Shown here piece by piece: positions 1 through 13,509 of a DNA stretch of 64,000 nt (within the stretch, counting starts at the first letter, position 1; each line of letters starts with the position of its first letter). This DNA comes from Escherichia coli (lineage in GTDB: Bacteria > Pseudomonadota > Gammaproteobacteria > Enterobacterales > Enterobacteriaceae): NCBI RefSeq assembly GCF_013315695.1, contig NZ_CP054353.1, one strand, 5' to 3'. The position numbers and the translations under genes were made by a program. The notes beneath the pieces were generated by a model. That model did not search any database. It was not told where the DNA came from and saw nothing but the letters and a program-made list of their open reading frames with translations.

Positions 1-603
1 CTGCTTATATAAATGGGCCTGATACCCAGCGACAATACCCAGTAAGAGAAGAATGAACAGAAGTAAATTACGGCAACGTAGCCCGGACGTGCCGGTTAAA
101 GGATGCCTTGTCGGCCAGCCGTATCCCAGCGAAAAACTGATATGCGTTCCAACGGGAATAATGACTATCCACCAGTACTCACCACCGACTAATGAGACTA
201 ACAAAACACCCAGCCAGGGAAGCATAAGATCTGCCAACCAACCTGAAACCATCTGGCGAAATTGATAATCTGCCAGATGTAGCGTGATTATCCAGCCAAC
301 CAGGGTTAATAAAGCGGGAACTAAAAAAAGACATTGTCGCCAGGCGGCTATTTCTCTGTTTTCTGGTGCGCTATCGCCCGCCCACACTCGCCCAGAGAAA
401 AATAGCAGTAATGCGCCCAGCGTCAGCATAAAGACGTTGAGTAGAAGATAAATTGTTGGTGTAAAGAGTAAATTGCAAAACTCAAGAATAGCGGCAAGCC
501 CGGCCCCCAGCATGGCAACAACCGCTGCCAAAAATTGCGCCAGTATGGGGATGCCAAAAAAAGTCATTACCAGCGAGGTCAAAATCCATTTTCCGTTTTG
601 CAT
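1..603 (-). CDS. Hypothetical polytopic inner-membrane protein, 5' part only (about 201 codons in window; 3' end lies beyond position 1)
   Basis: Reverse-strand frame opens with ATG at 603..601 (MQNGKWILTSLVMTFFGIPILAQFLAAVVAML...) and stays open to position 1; several hydrophobic segments. Not in the ORF track, presumably because no stop falls inside the window. Identity not recognised. Confidence 0.45.
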   Translation of the reverse strand, partial: MQNGKWILTSLVMTFFGIPILAQFLAAVVAMLGAGLAAILEFCNLLFTPTIYLLLNVFMLTLGALLLFFSGRVWAGDSAPENREIAAWRQCLFLVPALLTLVGWIITLHLADYQFRQMVSGWLADLMLPWLGVLLVSLVGGEYWWIVIIPVGTHISFSLGYGWPTRHPLTGTSGLRCRNLLLFILLLLGIVAGYQAHLYKQ

Positions 604-686
604 TATTCTTTCCATTCTTGCTGAATGGCGAAATTATACTCCCCGATAACCCTCGCCCCCTCTGGACACTTTTCCTAAATAAAGGC

Positions 687-724
687 GAAAAAAAACGGGA
701 CCTTTTGGCCCCGTTCTGTTTTTT
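687..724 (-). terminator. Rho-independent terminator downstream of glgP (probably bidirectional)
   Basis: Hairpin ACGGGACC-TTTT-GGCCCCGT at about 695..714, flanked by an A-run on one side and a T-run on the other; sits 8-40 nt past the glgP stop. Confidence 0.6.
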
Positions 725-731
725 AGCGAAC

Positions 732-3197
<2,466 letters not shown>

Positions 3198-4631
3198 CTA
3201 TTTCAAGCGATAGTAAAGCTCACGGTACGACTTCGCCGCGACCTGCCAGCTAAAATCCATTGCCATAGCCTGACGTTGCACAAACCGCCACAGTGAAGGA
3301 CGGGACCACAGTACAAAAGCACGTCGAATAGCCCGTAATAGCGACCAGGCATTACTATCTTCAAAGACAAACCCACTGGCGACGCCATCTGCAAGGTTCT
3401 CAAGAGAACAGTCAGAAACCGTATCAGCAAGCCCACCGGTGCGCCGCACTAACGGCAGCGTACCGTACTTCAATCCATAAAGTTGCGTTAAGCCGCACGG
3501 TTCAAAACGGCTGGGCACCAGAATGACGTCCGCGCCGCCCATAATGCGATGCGAAAATGCTTCGTGATAGCCAATCTGAACGCCCACCTGGCCGGGGTAT
3601 TCCGCTGCCGCCGCAAGGAAACCTTCCTGCAGCACCGGATCGCCCGCGCCGAGTAGCGCCAGTTGCCCGCCCTGCTCCAGAAGACCCGGTAAGGCCTCCA
3701 GCACCAGGTCGAGACCTTTCTGGCTGGTCAGACGGCTCACCACTGCAAAAAGCGGCACTTTATCGTCAACCTTAAGCCCCATTGCGATTTGTAACTGGCG
3801 CTTATTTTCCGCTTTATCTTCCAACGTATCGCGGGTGTAACGCGAGGCCAACAGTAAGTCCGTCTCTGGACTCCAGATTTTCTCGTCCACGCCGTTCAGT
3901 ACGCCGGAAAGACGCCCTTCACGGTGACGCTGTTGCAACAGACCTTCCATACCGTAGGCAAACTGCGGTTCGGTGATCTCGCGAGCGTAGGTTGGGCTGA
4001 CTGCCGTAATGTGATCGGCATAGTACAGACCGGCCTTCAGGAAAGAGATTTGTCCGTTGAATTCCAGCCCATGAATATTAAAGAATGACCATGGCAATTG
4101 GATGTCATTCATATGATGTGCATAAAACATGCCTTGATAGGCCAGGTTGTGCACAGTAAACACCGACTTCGCCGGACGCCCGCGCGCCGCCAGATACGCA
4201 GGCGCAAGACCTGCATGCCAGTCGTGCGCATGCACCACATCAGGACGCCAGAATGGGTCAAGCCCGCTGGCCATTTCTGCCCCAACCCACCCCAGCAGCG
4301 CAAAACGCAATACGTTGTCGGTATAGGCAAATAAGTTGGTATCGTGATACGGGCTTCCCGGACGATCATAGAGATGCGGCGCGTCAATCAGGTATATGCC
4401 AACCCCGTTGTAATGACCGAACAACAGCGTGATATGTCCGGCGAAGGTATCACGACGGGATACTACCTGCGCATCGGTCACGCCACGGCGAATATCGGGA
4501 AATGCAGGCAACAGTACGCGAGCGTCAACGCCGTCTGCGATTTGTGCTGCGGGTAATGCCCCAATAACATCAGCCAGACCGCCGGTTTTAAGCAGCGGGA
4601 ACATCTCTGAACATACATGTAAAACCTGCAT
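3198..4631 (-). CDS. glgA: Glycogen synthase (ADP-glucose transglucosylase)
   Basis: 477-aa ORF; N-terminal KTGGLADV motif; sits between glgC and glgP. Confidence 0.97.
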
Positions 4632-5926
4632 TATCGCTCCTGTTTATGCCCTAACTTCCGTAGCATTTCGCGCGTTACCAGCACGATGCCTTCTTCTGAA
4701 CGATAGAAACGACGTGCATCTTCCTCTGCGTTTTCACCAATCACCATGCCTTCCGGGATAACACAAGCACGATCGATGACGCAGCGGCGCAGACGGCACG
4801 AGCGACCTACCCATACTTCCGGTAACAATACGGCGGAATCAATGTTGCAGAATGAATTCACGCGAACGCGCGAGAACAGAACGGACTGCACCACCACCGA
4901 ACCGGAGATCACACAACCGCCGGATACCAGTGAGTTAAGGGTCATCCCGTGGCTACCGGAGCGATCCTGCACGAATTTCGCTGGCGGTAATGATTCATTG
5001 TAGGTGCGAATTGGCCAATTGCGATCGTACATATCCAGTTCCGGCACCACAGAGGCCAGATCGAGGTTCGCTTTCCAGTAAGCTTCAAGCGTACCCACAT
5101 CGCGCCAGTACGGCTCGGCATCCGGGTCGGATTGTACGCAAGAGAGCGGGAACGGATGCGCATAGGCCAGACCGGCTTCGGTGATCTTGGGAATCAAATC
5201 TTTGCCAAAGTCGTGGCTGGAGTTCTCATCGCGATCGTCTTCTTCCAGCAGTTCATACAGATAGTCGGCGTCAAAGACGTAGATACCCATACTCGCCAGA
5301 GATTTGCTCGGATCGTTCGGCATTGACGGTGGGTTAGCAGGTTTTTCAACGAATTCGATAATTTTATCGTTCTCATCAACCGCCATAACGCCAAATGCGG
5401 AGGCTTCTTCAATCGGTACTGGCATACAAGCAACGGTGCAACGTGCGCCTTTTTCGACGTGGTCGATAAGCATACGCGAGTAGTCTTGCTTGTAGATATG
5501 GTCGCCCGCCAGGATCACCACGTATTCCGCTTTATAACGGCGGATAATGTCGAGGTTTTGGGTAACTGCATCTGCGGTGCCGCGATACCAGTTTTCCCCT
5601 TTCATTCTCTGCTGTGCTGGCAGCAGAGCGACAAACTCGTTCATTTCTTCATTGAAGAATGACCAGCCGCGCTGAATGTGCTGCACCAGAGTGTGGGACT
5701 GGTACTGGGTGATCACGCCCATACGACGGATCCCGGAGTTGATGCAGTTAGACAGCGCAAAGTCGATAATGCGGAACTTACCGCCGAAGTGTACGGCCGG
5801 TTTTGCTCGCTTATTGGTTAAATCCTTCAGGCGGGTACCACGTCCTCCCGCCAGTATCAGGGCAACAGATTTCAATGGCAGCTGGCGCGCCAACATTAAG
5901 TGATCGTTCTTCTCTAAACTAACCAT
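4631..5926 (-). CDS. glgC: Glucose-1-phosphate adenylyltransferase
   Basis: ORF track starts 12 codons upstream (5962); the ATG at 5926..5924 with GGAG 8 nt upstream gives the 431-aa protein starting [33 protein letters not shown]; its stop overlaps the glgA start by 1 nt. Confidence 0.95.
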
Positions 5927-5943
5927 GACTAACTCCTTTTTTA

Positions 5944-7917
5944 TCATCTCTGGAACACACACAATCCGTGTGCAGGTCCCTGCCAGACAGCCGTAATCAC
6001 TGGGTTATCCTCTCCAGCGAATGGGGGAATGGCGTGCCACTCCCCAGCAGGTAAAACAATCTCTGTTACCTCAAGCGTGGCGTTAATTGCGATCAAAAAG
6101 CGATCCGAGAGCAGAATTTGCAGCTGTTTCGGCCCGTTTTGCCACTCATCCGTGCTTAAAGGTTGAGCATATCGATTTAGCCAACGGACATTGCCGTCGC
6201 CTTCTTCCCACCAGCGATTCTCCATCAAAGCGGGAATGCGCTTGCGCAGATGGATTAACGCGGCGGTAAATGCGGTTAAACCACTGCTTGCCTGCGACCA
6301 GTCCAACCAGGTTAATTGGTTATCCTGACAGTAGGCATTGTTATTGCCATGCTGGCTGTGACCATGTTCGTCACCGGCCAGTAACATCGGCGTACCCTGG
6401 GAGAGCAACAACGTTGTTAACAGGGCGTGAATGCTGTCGCGCCGCCGTTCAACCAGATCAAGAGTACCGCCTAACCCTTCTTTACCATGATTGTTACTGT
6501 AATTGTTGTTGGTCCCGTCGCGATTTTCTTCTCCGTTTGCTTCATTGTGTTTATGGTTGAAGCAAACGCAGTCGCGAAGCGTAAAACCGTCATGCGCGGT
6601 GACGAGATTAATCGCGGCACTCGGCAGACGACCATTACGTTTAAAAACATCGCTGGAGGCAGCAAAACGCCCGGCAAACGCCCCCAGAGGCAAATCATAA
6701 TGCAGCCAGAAACGACGGGCAGCATCGCGGAAATGATCGTTCCACTCGGCAAACAGCGGCGGGAAATTTCCCACCTGATAACCACCAGGAGCAATATCCC
6801 ACGGTTCAGCAATTAACTTCACCTGCGAGAGCACCGGGCAGTTCTGGATAGCGGTAAACAACGGCGCATCCTGACGGAACTCTGGCGTACGGCCCATGAC
6901 TGCCGCCAGATCAAAGCGGAAACCATCGACGTGGCAGGTTTCTACCCAATAACGCAGGCAAGCGCTGGCATAATCCACTACCGCCGGATGACTCAAATTG
7001 AGCGTGTTACCACAACCGGTCCAGTTGTGATAATCGCCGTCTTCTCTTATCCAATAATAGCTACGGTTGTCGATCCCACGCAGCGAGAATAACGGGCCGT
7101 CGAGGTCTAGTTCCGCACTATGGTTGAGCACGATATCAAGAATGACTTCGATACCCGCTTTATGCAGTGCTTTGATTGCATCGCGAAACTCATCCAGCGC
7201 CGTTTCTGGGGAGCAGGCATACGCCGGATGCAGCGCAAACATCGCCACCGGGTTATAACCCCAGTAGTTACTTAGACCCATACGTTGCAGGCGTGGTTCG
7301 CTGGCAAACTGCGCCACCGGCAGCAGTTCCAGCGCGGTAATGCCCAACTGTTTCAAATAGTTGATCATCACCGGATGCCCGAGGGCTTTATAAGTGCCAC
7401 GGATCTCGACCGGGATCTCCGGATGCAGGTACGTTAATCCTTTGACATGGGCTTCATAAATGATGGTGCTGCCCCATGGCGTGCGCGGCGGGGCATCATC
7501 TTCCCAGTCATAGTGATCAACCACCACTACGCATTTCGGCGCAATGGCGGCGTTGTCGCGATAGTCAGGTTCATTATGACCGGCGTGTAGCAGCGGGTTA
7601 TCTTTAAACTCCCCGTCAATTTGCCGCGCGCAAGGATCAATCAACAACTTCGCCGGGTTAAAGCGATGCCCCTCGGCGGGTTGCCAGGGGCCATGAACGC
7701 GATAACCATAACGCAAACCCGGACGCGCATCCGGCAGATAACCGTGCCAAATGTCGCCACTGTGCCCTGGCAAGTCATAGCGATGTTCCTGGCCATTGGC
7801 GTCAAAGACACACAGCTCTACCCGCTCGGCATGAGCGGAGAAAAGTGTGAAGTTGACGCCCTGACCGTCGTAATGCGCGCCGAGGGGTGCGGGTTTGCCA
7901 ATGGCGAGTTGTGTCAT
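5944..7917 (-). CDS. glgX: Glycogen debranching enzyme
   Basis: 657-aa ORF, GH13-type sequence; overlaps the glgB stop by 4 nt. Confidence 0.97.
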   Translation of the reverse strand: MTQLAIGKPAPLGAHYDGQGVNFTLFSAHAERVELCVFDANGQEHRYDLPGHSGDIWHGYLPDARPGLRYGYRVHGPWQPAEGHRFNPAKLLIDPCARQIDGEFKDNPLLHAGHNEPDYRDNAAIAPKCVVVVDHYDWEDDAPPRTPWGSTIIYEAHVKGLTYLHPEIPVEIRGTYKALGHPVMINYLKQLGITALELLPVAQFASEPRLQRMGLSNYWGYNPVAMFALHPAYACSPETALDEFRDAIKALHKAGIEVILDIVLNHSAELDLDGPLFSLRGIDNRSYYWIREDGDYHNWTGCGNTLNLSHPAVVDYASACLRYWVETCHVDGFRFDLAAVMGRTPEFRQDAPLFTAIQNCPVLSQVKLIAEPWDIAPGGYQVGNFPPLFAEWNDHFRDAARRFWLHYDLPLGAFAGRFAASSDVFKRNGRLPSAAINLVTAHDGFTLRDCVCFNHKHNEANGEENRDGTNNNYSNNHGKEGLGGTLDLVERRRDSIHALLTTLLLSQGTPMLLAGDEHGHSQHGNNNAYCQDNQLTWLDWSQASSGLTAFTAALIHLRKRIPALMENRWWEEGDGNVRWLNRYAQPLSTDEWQNGPKQLQILLSDRFLIAINATLEVTEIVLPAGEWHAIPPFAGEDNPVITAVWQGPAHGLCVFQR

Positions 7918-10100
7918 TCTGCCTCCCGAACCAGCCAGATAGTGGCCAGCGGTGGTAGTGTCAGGCTTAGTGAATGCTGACGACCGTGGCTGGCAATCTC
8001 ATCGCTGTGTACCGTGCCGCCATTGCCGGCATTACTGCCGTGATAGTGCATGGAATCGGTATTGAGGATCTCACGCCATTTACCCGGCTGGTTAATGCCG
8101 AAGCGATAATCATGACGCGGCACCGGAGTAAAGTTACTGGCAACGATGATTTCGTTACCCTCTTTATCGCGACGCACAAAGATCAGCACCGAGCGTTCTT
8201 TGTCATCCACCACCAGCCATTCAAAGCCGTACGGGTCAAAATCCAGTTCATGCATTGCTTTATGGTGGCGGTAGGTGAGGTTCAGATCGCGCACCAGACG
8301 CTGGACACCGTGGTGCCAGTTATCGCCGCCTTCCAACAGATGCCAGTCGAGGCTGGCGTCATGGTTCCACTCGCGGCCCTGGGCAAATTCGTTCCCCATG
8401 AACAGCAGTTTCTTGCCCGGGAATGCCCACATCCAGCCATAGTAGGCGCGCAGGTTAGCGAATTTCTGCCATGCGTCGCCCGGCATCCGGTCGAGAATCG
8501 ATTTTTTACCGTGGACCACTTCATCATGCGACAACGGTAGGACGAAGTTTTCAGTGTAGTTGTAGAGCATCCCGAAGGTCAGTTTATCGTGATGATACTG
8601 ACGATAAATCGGGTCGAGCTTCATGTAGTCCAGGGTGTCATGCATCCAGCCGAGGTTCCACTTGTACCAGAAGCCCAGACCGCCCATATCCTGTGGACGA
8701 GAAACGCCAGGGAAATCGGTAGACTCCTCCGCCATTGTCACCGCACCGGAAACCTGCTCACCAAGAATACGGTTGGTATTACGCAAGAATTCAATCGCTT
8801 CAAGATTCTCGCGACCGCCAAATTCGTTCGGGATCCACTCCCCCTCTTTACGGCTGTAGTCGCGATAAATCATTGACGCCACCGCATCGACGCGCAGCGC
8901 ATCAATACCAAAACGTTCAATCCAGTAAAGCGCGTTACCGACAAGGAAGTTACTAACTTCACGGCGACCATAGTTGTAGATCAGCGTGTTCCAGTCCTGA
9001 TGATAGCCTTCGCGCGGATCGCTGTGTTCATACAAGTTCGTGCCATCAAATTCGGCAAGCGCAAAGTCATCGGTCGGGAAGTGGCCTGGCACCCAGTCGA
9101 GAATCACGTTCAGACCAGCTGCGTGTGCGGCATCAATGAAATAACGGAAGTCGTCGCGAGTACCAAAACGGCGGGTCGGTGCATACAGGCCGGTTGGCTG
9201 ATAACCCCAACTGCCATCGAAGGGATGCTCGTTAATGGGCAGTAGCTCGAGATGGGTAAAGCCCATCCATTTAGCATAAGGCACAAGTTGATCGGCCAGC
9301 TCGCGGTAGCTTAACCAGAAATTGTTGTCGGTGTGGCGACGCCAGGAGCCCAGGTGAACTTCATAAATAGAGATTGGCGCATCAAACTGATTCGCTTTTT
9401 TGCGCTCTTCAGTCTGCACAACCTTTTCCGGCAGCCCGCAAATAAGAGACGCGGTTTCCGGGCGCATTTGCGCTTCGAAGGCATAAGGGTCGGACTTCAG
9501 ACGCAAGTTGCCATTGGCATCAATCATCTCATATTTATAGAGCTGACCGTTATGCGCCCCAGGGATAAACAGTTCCCAGATGCCGCTCTCTTTACGCAGG
9601 CGCATCGGATGACGGCGACCGTCCCAGTAGTTGAATTGCCCAACCACCGAGACCCGACGGGCGTTTGGAGCCCAGACAGAAAAACGCGTACCTGTGACGC
9701 CATCCATAGTATCTGCATGCGCGCCTAAGGTTTCATACGGGCGCAGGTGAGTACCTTCAGATAATAGCCAGGCATCCATTTCCTGGATTAGCGGACCAAA
9801 ACGGTAAGGATCATCTATCAGGTTTTGCTGACCATGCCAGACAACAGCCAACTGATAGCGGAAAAAATTCTTACGTCGCGGAATGACACCGCTAAAGAAT
9901 CCACGGGAGTCGAGACACTCCAGTTTTGCGAGTTTGCGCCCGGTTTTCGGTTCAATCACCCACACATCGGTAGCGTCGGGTAAAAGGGCACGGACTTCCA
10001 GTCCCGCGGTGGTTTTATGCATCCCCAGTACGGAAAAAGGATCCGCAAAATGGCCTGCAATTAGCGCGTTAATCACGTCTCTATCGATACGATCGGACAT
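7914..10100 (-). CDS. glgB: 1,4-alpha-glucan branching enzyme
   Basis: 728-aa ORF, GH13 branching-enzyme sequence; first gene of glgBXCAP. Confidence 0.97.
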   Translation of the reverse strand: MSDRIDRDVINALIAGHFADPFSVLGMHKTTAGLEVRALLPDATDVWVIEPKTGRKLAKLECLDSRGFFSGVIPRRKNFFRYQLAVVWHGQQNLIDDPYRFGPLIQEMDAWLLSEGTHLRPYETLGAHADTMDGVTGTRFSVWAPNARRVSVVGQFNYWDGRRHPMRLRKESGIWELFIPGAHNGQLYKYEMIDANGNLRLKSDPYAFEAQMRPETASLICGLPEKVVQTEERKKANQFDAPISIYEVHLGSWRRHTDNNFWLSYRELADQLVPYAKWMGFTHLELLPINEHPFDGSWGYQPTGLYAPTRRFGTRDDFRYFIDAAHAAGLNVILDWVPGHFPTDDFALAEFDGTNLYEHSDPREGYHQDWNTLIYNYGRREVSNFLVGNALYWIERFGIDALRVDAVASMIYRDYSRKEGEWIPNEFGGRENLEAIEFLRNTNRILGEQVSGAVTMAEESTDFPGVSRPQDMGGLGFWYKWNLGWMHDTLDYMKLDPIYRQYHHDKLTFGMLYNYTENFVLPLSHDEVVHGKKSILDRMPGDAWQKFANLRAYYGWMWAFPGKKLLFMGNEFAQGREWNHDASLDWHLLEGGDNWHHGVQRLVRDLNLTYRHHKAMHELDFDPYGFEWLVVDDKERSVLIFVRRDKEGNEIIVASNFTPVPRHDYRFGINQPGKWREILNTDSMHYHGSNAGNGGTVHSDEIASHGRQHSLSLTLPPLATIWLVREAE

Positions 10101-10372
10101 GCTTGTCTTCCTGTTTTATTGTGTCACCCCATCCAACTGAATTTTTGACTTCTGGTTGTGACATTTTTTTGACCTGAACGGCGCAGCACTCTGTGCATCC
10201 TCTCTGCGTCGTCCTCACTTCAGGTAAGGCTGTGAATACTCGTGTATTCCGCCACCCTTAAAGAATAGCCAATGCTCTATTTAACTCCCGGTAAATCATG
10301 AAACATCTGCGCTTACTCCTGTATTACGCACTAGCAGGGGCGGCATCGCGCCCCAGATTTAATGAATAAAGA

Positions 10373-11476
10373 TTACGCCAGTTGACGAAGCATCCGACGC
10401 AGCGGCTCCGCGGCCCCCCACAGCAGCTGGTCGCCCACGGTAAAGGCTGACAGGAACTCCGGTCCCATATTCAGCTTACGCAGGCGGCCTACCGGCGTGG
10501 TCAGCGTGCCGGTAACGGCAGCTGGGGTTAGCTCACGCATAGTGATTTCCCGATCGTTCGGAACGACTTTCGCCCACGGATTGTGCGCAGCCAGCAGTTC
10601 TTCCACGGTCGGAATAGACACATCTTTTTTCAATTTAATAGTGAATGCCTGGCTGTGGCAGCGCAATGCCCCGACACGCACACATAAACCATCTACCGGA
10701 ATTACGGAAGATGTGTTGAGGATCTTGTTGGTTTCCGCCTGCCCTTTCCACTCTTCGCGGCTCTGACCGTTATCAAGCTGTTTGTCGATCCACGGAATCA
10801 GGCTACCCGCCAGCGGCACGCCAAAGTTATCTACCGGCAGCTCACCGCTACGGGTTAAGGTTGTGACTTTGCGTTCGATATCGAGAATAGCAGAGGACGG
10901 GGTCGCGAGTTCATCTGCCACATGGCCATACAGATGGCCCATCTGGGTTAATAACTCACGCATATGTCGCGCACCACCGCCGGAAGCGGCCTGGTAGGTT
11001 GCAACGGACACCCAATCAACAAGATCATTGGCGAATAAACCACCCAACGACATCAACATCAGGCTTACGGTACAGTTACCGCCAACAAAAGTCCTGATGC
11101 CATTATTTAATCCGTCGGTAATGACGTCCTGATTGACGGGGTCAAGAATGATGATGGCGTCATCTTTCATGCGCAGAGATGATGCTGCGTCAATCCAGTA
11201 ACCTTGCCATCCGCTTTCACGAAGCTTTGGATAGATTTCGTTGGTATAATCGCCGCCCTGACAGGTCACAATGATATCGAGGGCCTTTAGCGCCTCCAGA
11301 TCAAAGGCATCCTGAAGTGTGCCAGTGGTTCCGCCAAAAGACGGCGCAGCCTGACCAAGCTGAGAAGTAGAAAAGAAGACAGGGCGAATGGCGTCGAAGT
11401 CGCGCTCTTCAACCATGCGTTGCATGAGAACGGAGCCGACCATACCGCGCCAGCCGATAAAACCAACATTTTTCAT
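10373..11476 (-). CDS. asd: Aspartate-semialdehyde dehydrogenase
   Basis: ORF track starts 20 codons upstream; ATG at 11476 gives the 367-aa protein [17 protein letters not shown]... with the active-site [10 protein letters not shown]. Confidence 0.95.
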
Positions 11477-11667
11477 AAGCGTTTTTTCCTGCAAAGATGT
11501 GTGCTGTATAAATGTGCCGGTCTCCTCCTGGCACATCTTTCACCATACAAAAAGCAGCCAAAGTCGCAAGTGAAATTAATCAATGATAGCGAAGCCATCA
11601 GTAATGCGACTTATCCTGCTTTGTTAGCACGCAGAAAGTCCGCGGCAATTATCAGGGAATTTGAGTT

Positions 11668-12261
11668 ATGAATGAAATCATTTCTGCAGCAGTTTTATTG
11701 ATCCTGATTATGGATCCGCTCGGAAACCTACCTATTTTCATGTCCGTACTGAAACATACTGAACCGAAAAGACGGCGGGCAATCATGGTGCGAGAGTTGC
11801 TTATTGCTCTCCTGGTGATGCTGGTGTTCCTGTTTGCGGGTGAGAAAATTCTGGCATTTCTCAGCCTGCGAGCAGAAACCGTCTCCATTTCTGGCGGCAT
11901 CATTCTGTTTCTGATCGCCATTAAGATGATTTTCCCCAGCGCTTCAGGAAATAGCAGCGGGCTTCCGGCAGGTGAAGAGCCGTTTATCGTGCCGTTGGCA
12001 ATTCCGTTAGTCGCCGGGCCGACTATTCTCGCCACGCTGATGTTGTTGTCTCATCAGTACCCGAATCAGATGGGACATCTGGTAATTGCTCTGCTGCTGG
12101 CCTGGGGTGGCACCTTTGTCATCCTGCTACAGTCTTCGCTATTTTTACGTCTGCTGGGCGAGAAAGGGGTGAATGCACTTGAACGCCTGATGGGATTGAT
12201 TCTGGTGATGATGGCAACTCAGATGTTCCTCGACGGCATTCGAATGTGGATGAAGGGGTAA
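11668..12261 (+). CDS. yhgN: MarC-family (UPF0056) inner-membrane protein
   Basis: 197-aa hydrophobic ORF, divergent from asd. Confidence 0.9.
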   Translation: MNEIISAAVLLILIMDPLGNLPIFMSVLKHTEPKRRRAIMVRELLIALLVMLVFLFAGEKILAFLSLRAETVSISGGIILFLIAIKMIFPSASGNSSGLPAGEEPFIVPLAIPLVAGPTILATLMLLSHQYPNQMGHLVIALLLAWGGTFVILLQSSLFLRLLGEKGVNALERLMGLILVMMATQMFLDGIRMWMKG

Positions 12262-12269
12262 GGTTCAAA

Positions 12270-12306
12270 CAGGTGCTGCACACAACCAGACGCGGCACCT
12301 GTTTTA
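12270..12306 (+). terminator. Rho-independent terminator of yhgN
   Basis: CAGGTGC (12270..12276) pairs with GCACCTG (12295..12301), followed by TTTT; ends immediately before the stop of the DprA-like gene on the other strand. Confidence 0.6.
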
Positions 12307-13509
12307 TTACCTGAACTGATAATGACCTTCGCCCAATCGAATAACCCTTCCCTCTTCTTCTGCGCGGTTCAGCCACACACTAATTTGTTCGATGGTTAAA
12401 CCAGTACAAGACGCCAGCCTTTCAATACTTATCGATTCCTTTGCAAGGATCGCCAGTTCCGCCACAAAGAGTTGATAAAAATCGACAGGCGTATGCGCGG
12501 GCATTACTGCGTAATTTGCGTCATCTTCATGCAGCGAAAACAGTTCTGGTTGAACGTTACGGAGTGCTTTGTCATACATCAGCCCAGGAACGTCTGGCAG
12601 TCTGATCGTCACATTCTCAGCCTGTTCAGCACTCCATGACGCCCCATTTTCTACTAATCGTGAATTGGCTGATTGCACATCCTGATTTGGTTTAACCAGA
12701 ACAGGCAGCCACTGATGTTTTAACGCCTCCATCGCTCCGGTTATCGTTCCACCGGTCATTCCCGCACGTACAACCATTGCGCTTTCAGCAAGGCAATAAA
12801 TATATTTATTCCGCGCCATTGCATTGCCGACGGTGAAACGTACCTCTGGGTAAAACGGTGAAATCAACACCAGGTTGCCTGCTATAAGCCCTTCACGCCA
12901 TTTCACTAACGTACTCGTTTTTAACAAGCTATCAGCTAATACGCCAACGGCAGTTCCCCCGGCCTCCAGTGCCGACGCCATTGCACATTCATCAATACCT
13001 CGCGCACCACCAGAGATAACGCAAATCCCCTGTTGGGCCAGTTTCGCTGCCAGTTGTTGGGTATAGCGCAAATCGGCAGTCGGAGCATCTCGCGAGCCAA
13101 CAATCGCCATACCTTCCGCTTGCAGTAATGCTTTATTCCCGCAGCCAAATAAAACGGGAGGTGCATCCGTTCGCAATCGGTTTTTCAAGCGAACGGGATA
13201 ATCGGCATCTCCGCGGGTTAAGATCCATAAACCGGCGCGTTGCCACTTATCTACCGCCAACGCCAGACTATGACCACGCGCCAGCAAGCCAAGAATACGC
13301 TCCTGAGAAATACGCGGATCGCTCCAGCCTGTAAGTTTCTCTTGCGGTTGCGGCACCAGAAGATCGGCGGGACTGATACGTTGGTGCTTCAGCCATAATG
13401 CAAACTTCCCCCATTCACTATTACTAAGAGGTTTATACTCACTCGCCGCCGCGCGAGAAAAATCGCTGGTTAGCAGGAGAGTTGCTTGTGCATTGGCTGA
13501 AAGATTCAT
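12307..13509 (-). CDS. DprA/Smf-like protein; putative partner (PsyrA/RqlI-like) of the upstream helicase
   Basis: 400 aa from ATG at 13509..13507 (the ORF-track start at 13602 lies inside the upstream gene). Rossmann motif VISGGARGIDECAMASAL typical of DprA, and a C-terminal winged-helix-like tail. Start shares one base with the upstream stop (TGATG). Confidence 0.75.
   Translation of the reverse strand: MNLSANAQATLLLTSDFSRAAASEYKPLSNSEWGKFALWLKHQRISPADLLVPQPQEKLTGWSDPRISQERILGLLARGHSLALAVDKWQRAGLWILTRGDADYPVRLKNRLRTDAPPVLFGCGNKALLQAEGMAIVGSRDAPTADLRYTQQLAAKLAQQGICVISGGARGIDECAMASALEAGGTAVGVLADSLLKTSTLVKWREGLIAGNLVLISPFYPEVRFTVGNAMARNKYIYCLAESAMVVRAGMTGGTITGAMEALKHQWLPVLVKPNQDVQSANSRLVENGASWSAEQAENVTIRLPDVPGLMYDKALRNVQPELFSLHEDDANYAVMPAHTPVDFYQLFVAELAILAKESISIERLASCTGLTIEQISVWLNRAEEEGRVIRLGEGHYQFR

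Noticed and set aside
53-265. 70-aa plus-strand ORF at the window start
   Set aside because: Overlapped on the other strand by the long open membrane-protein frame (1..603); no RBS or recognisable features.
10337-10354. GGGGCG-N6-CGCCCC hairpin just downstream of asd
   Set aside because: Short stem with no U-tract; insufficient to call a terminator.
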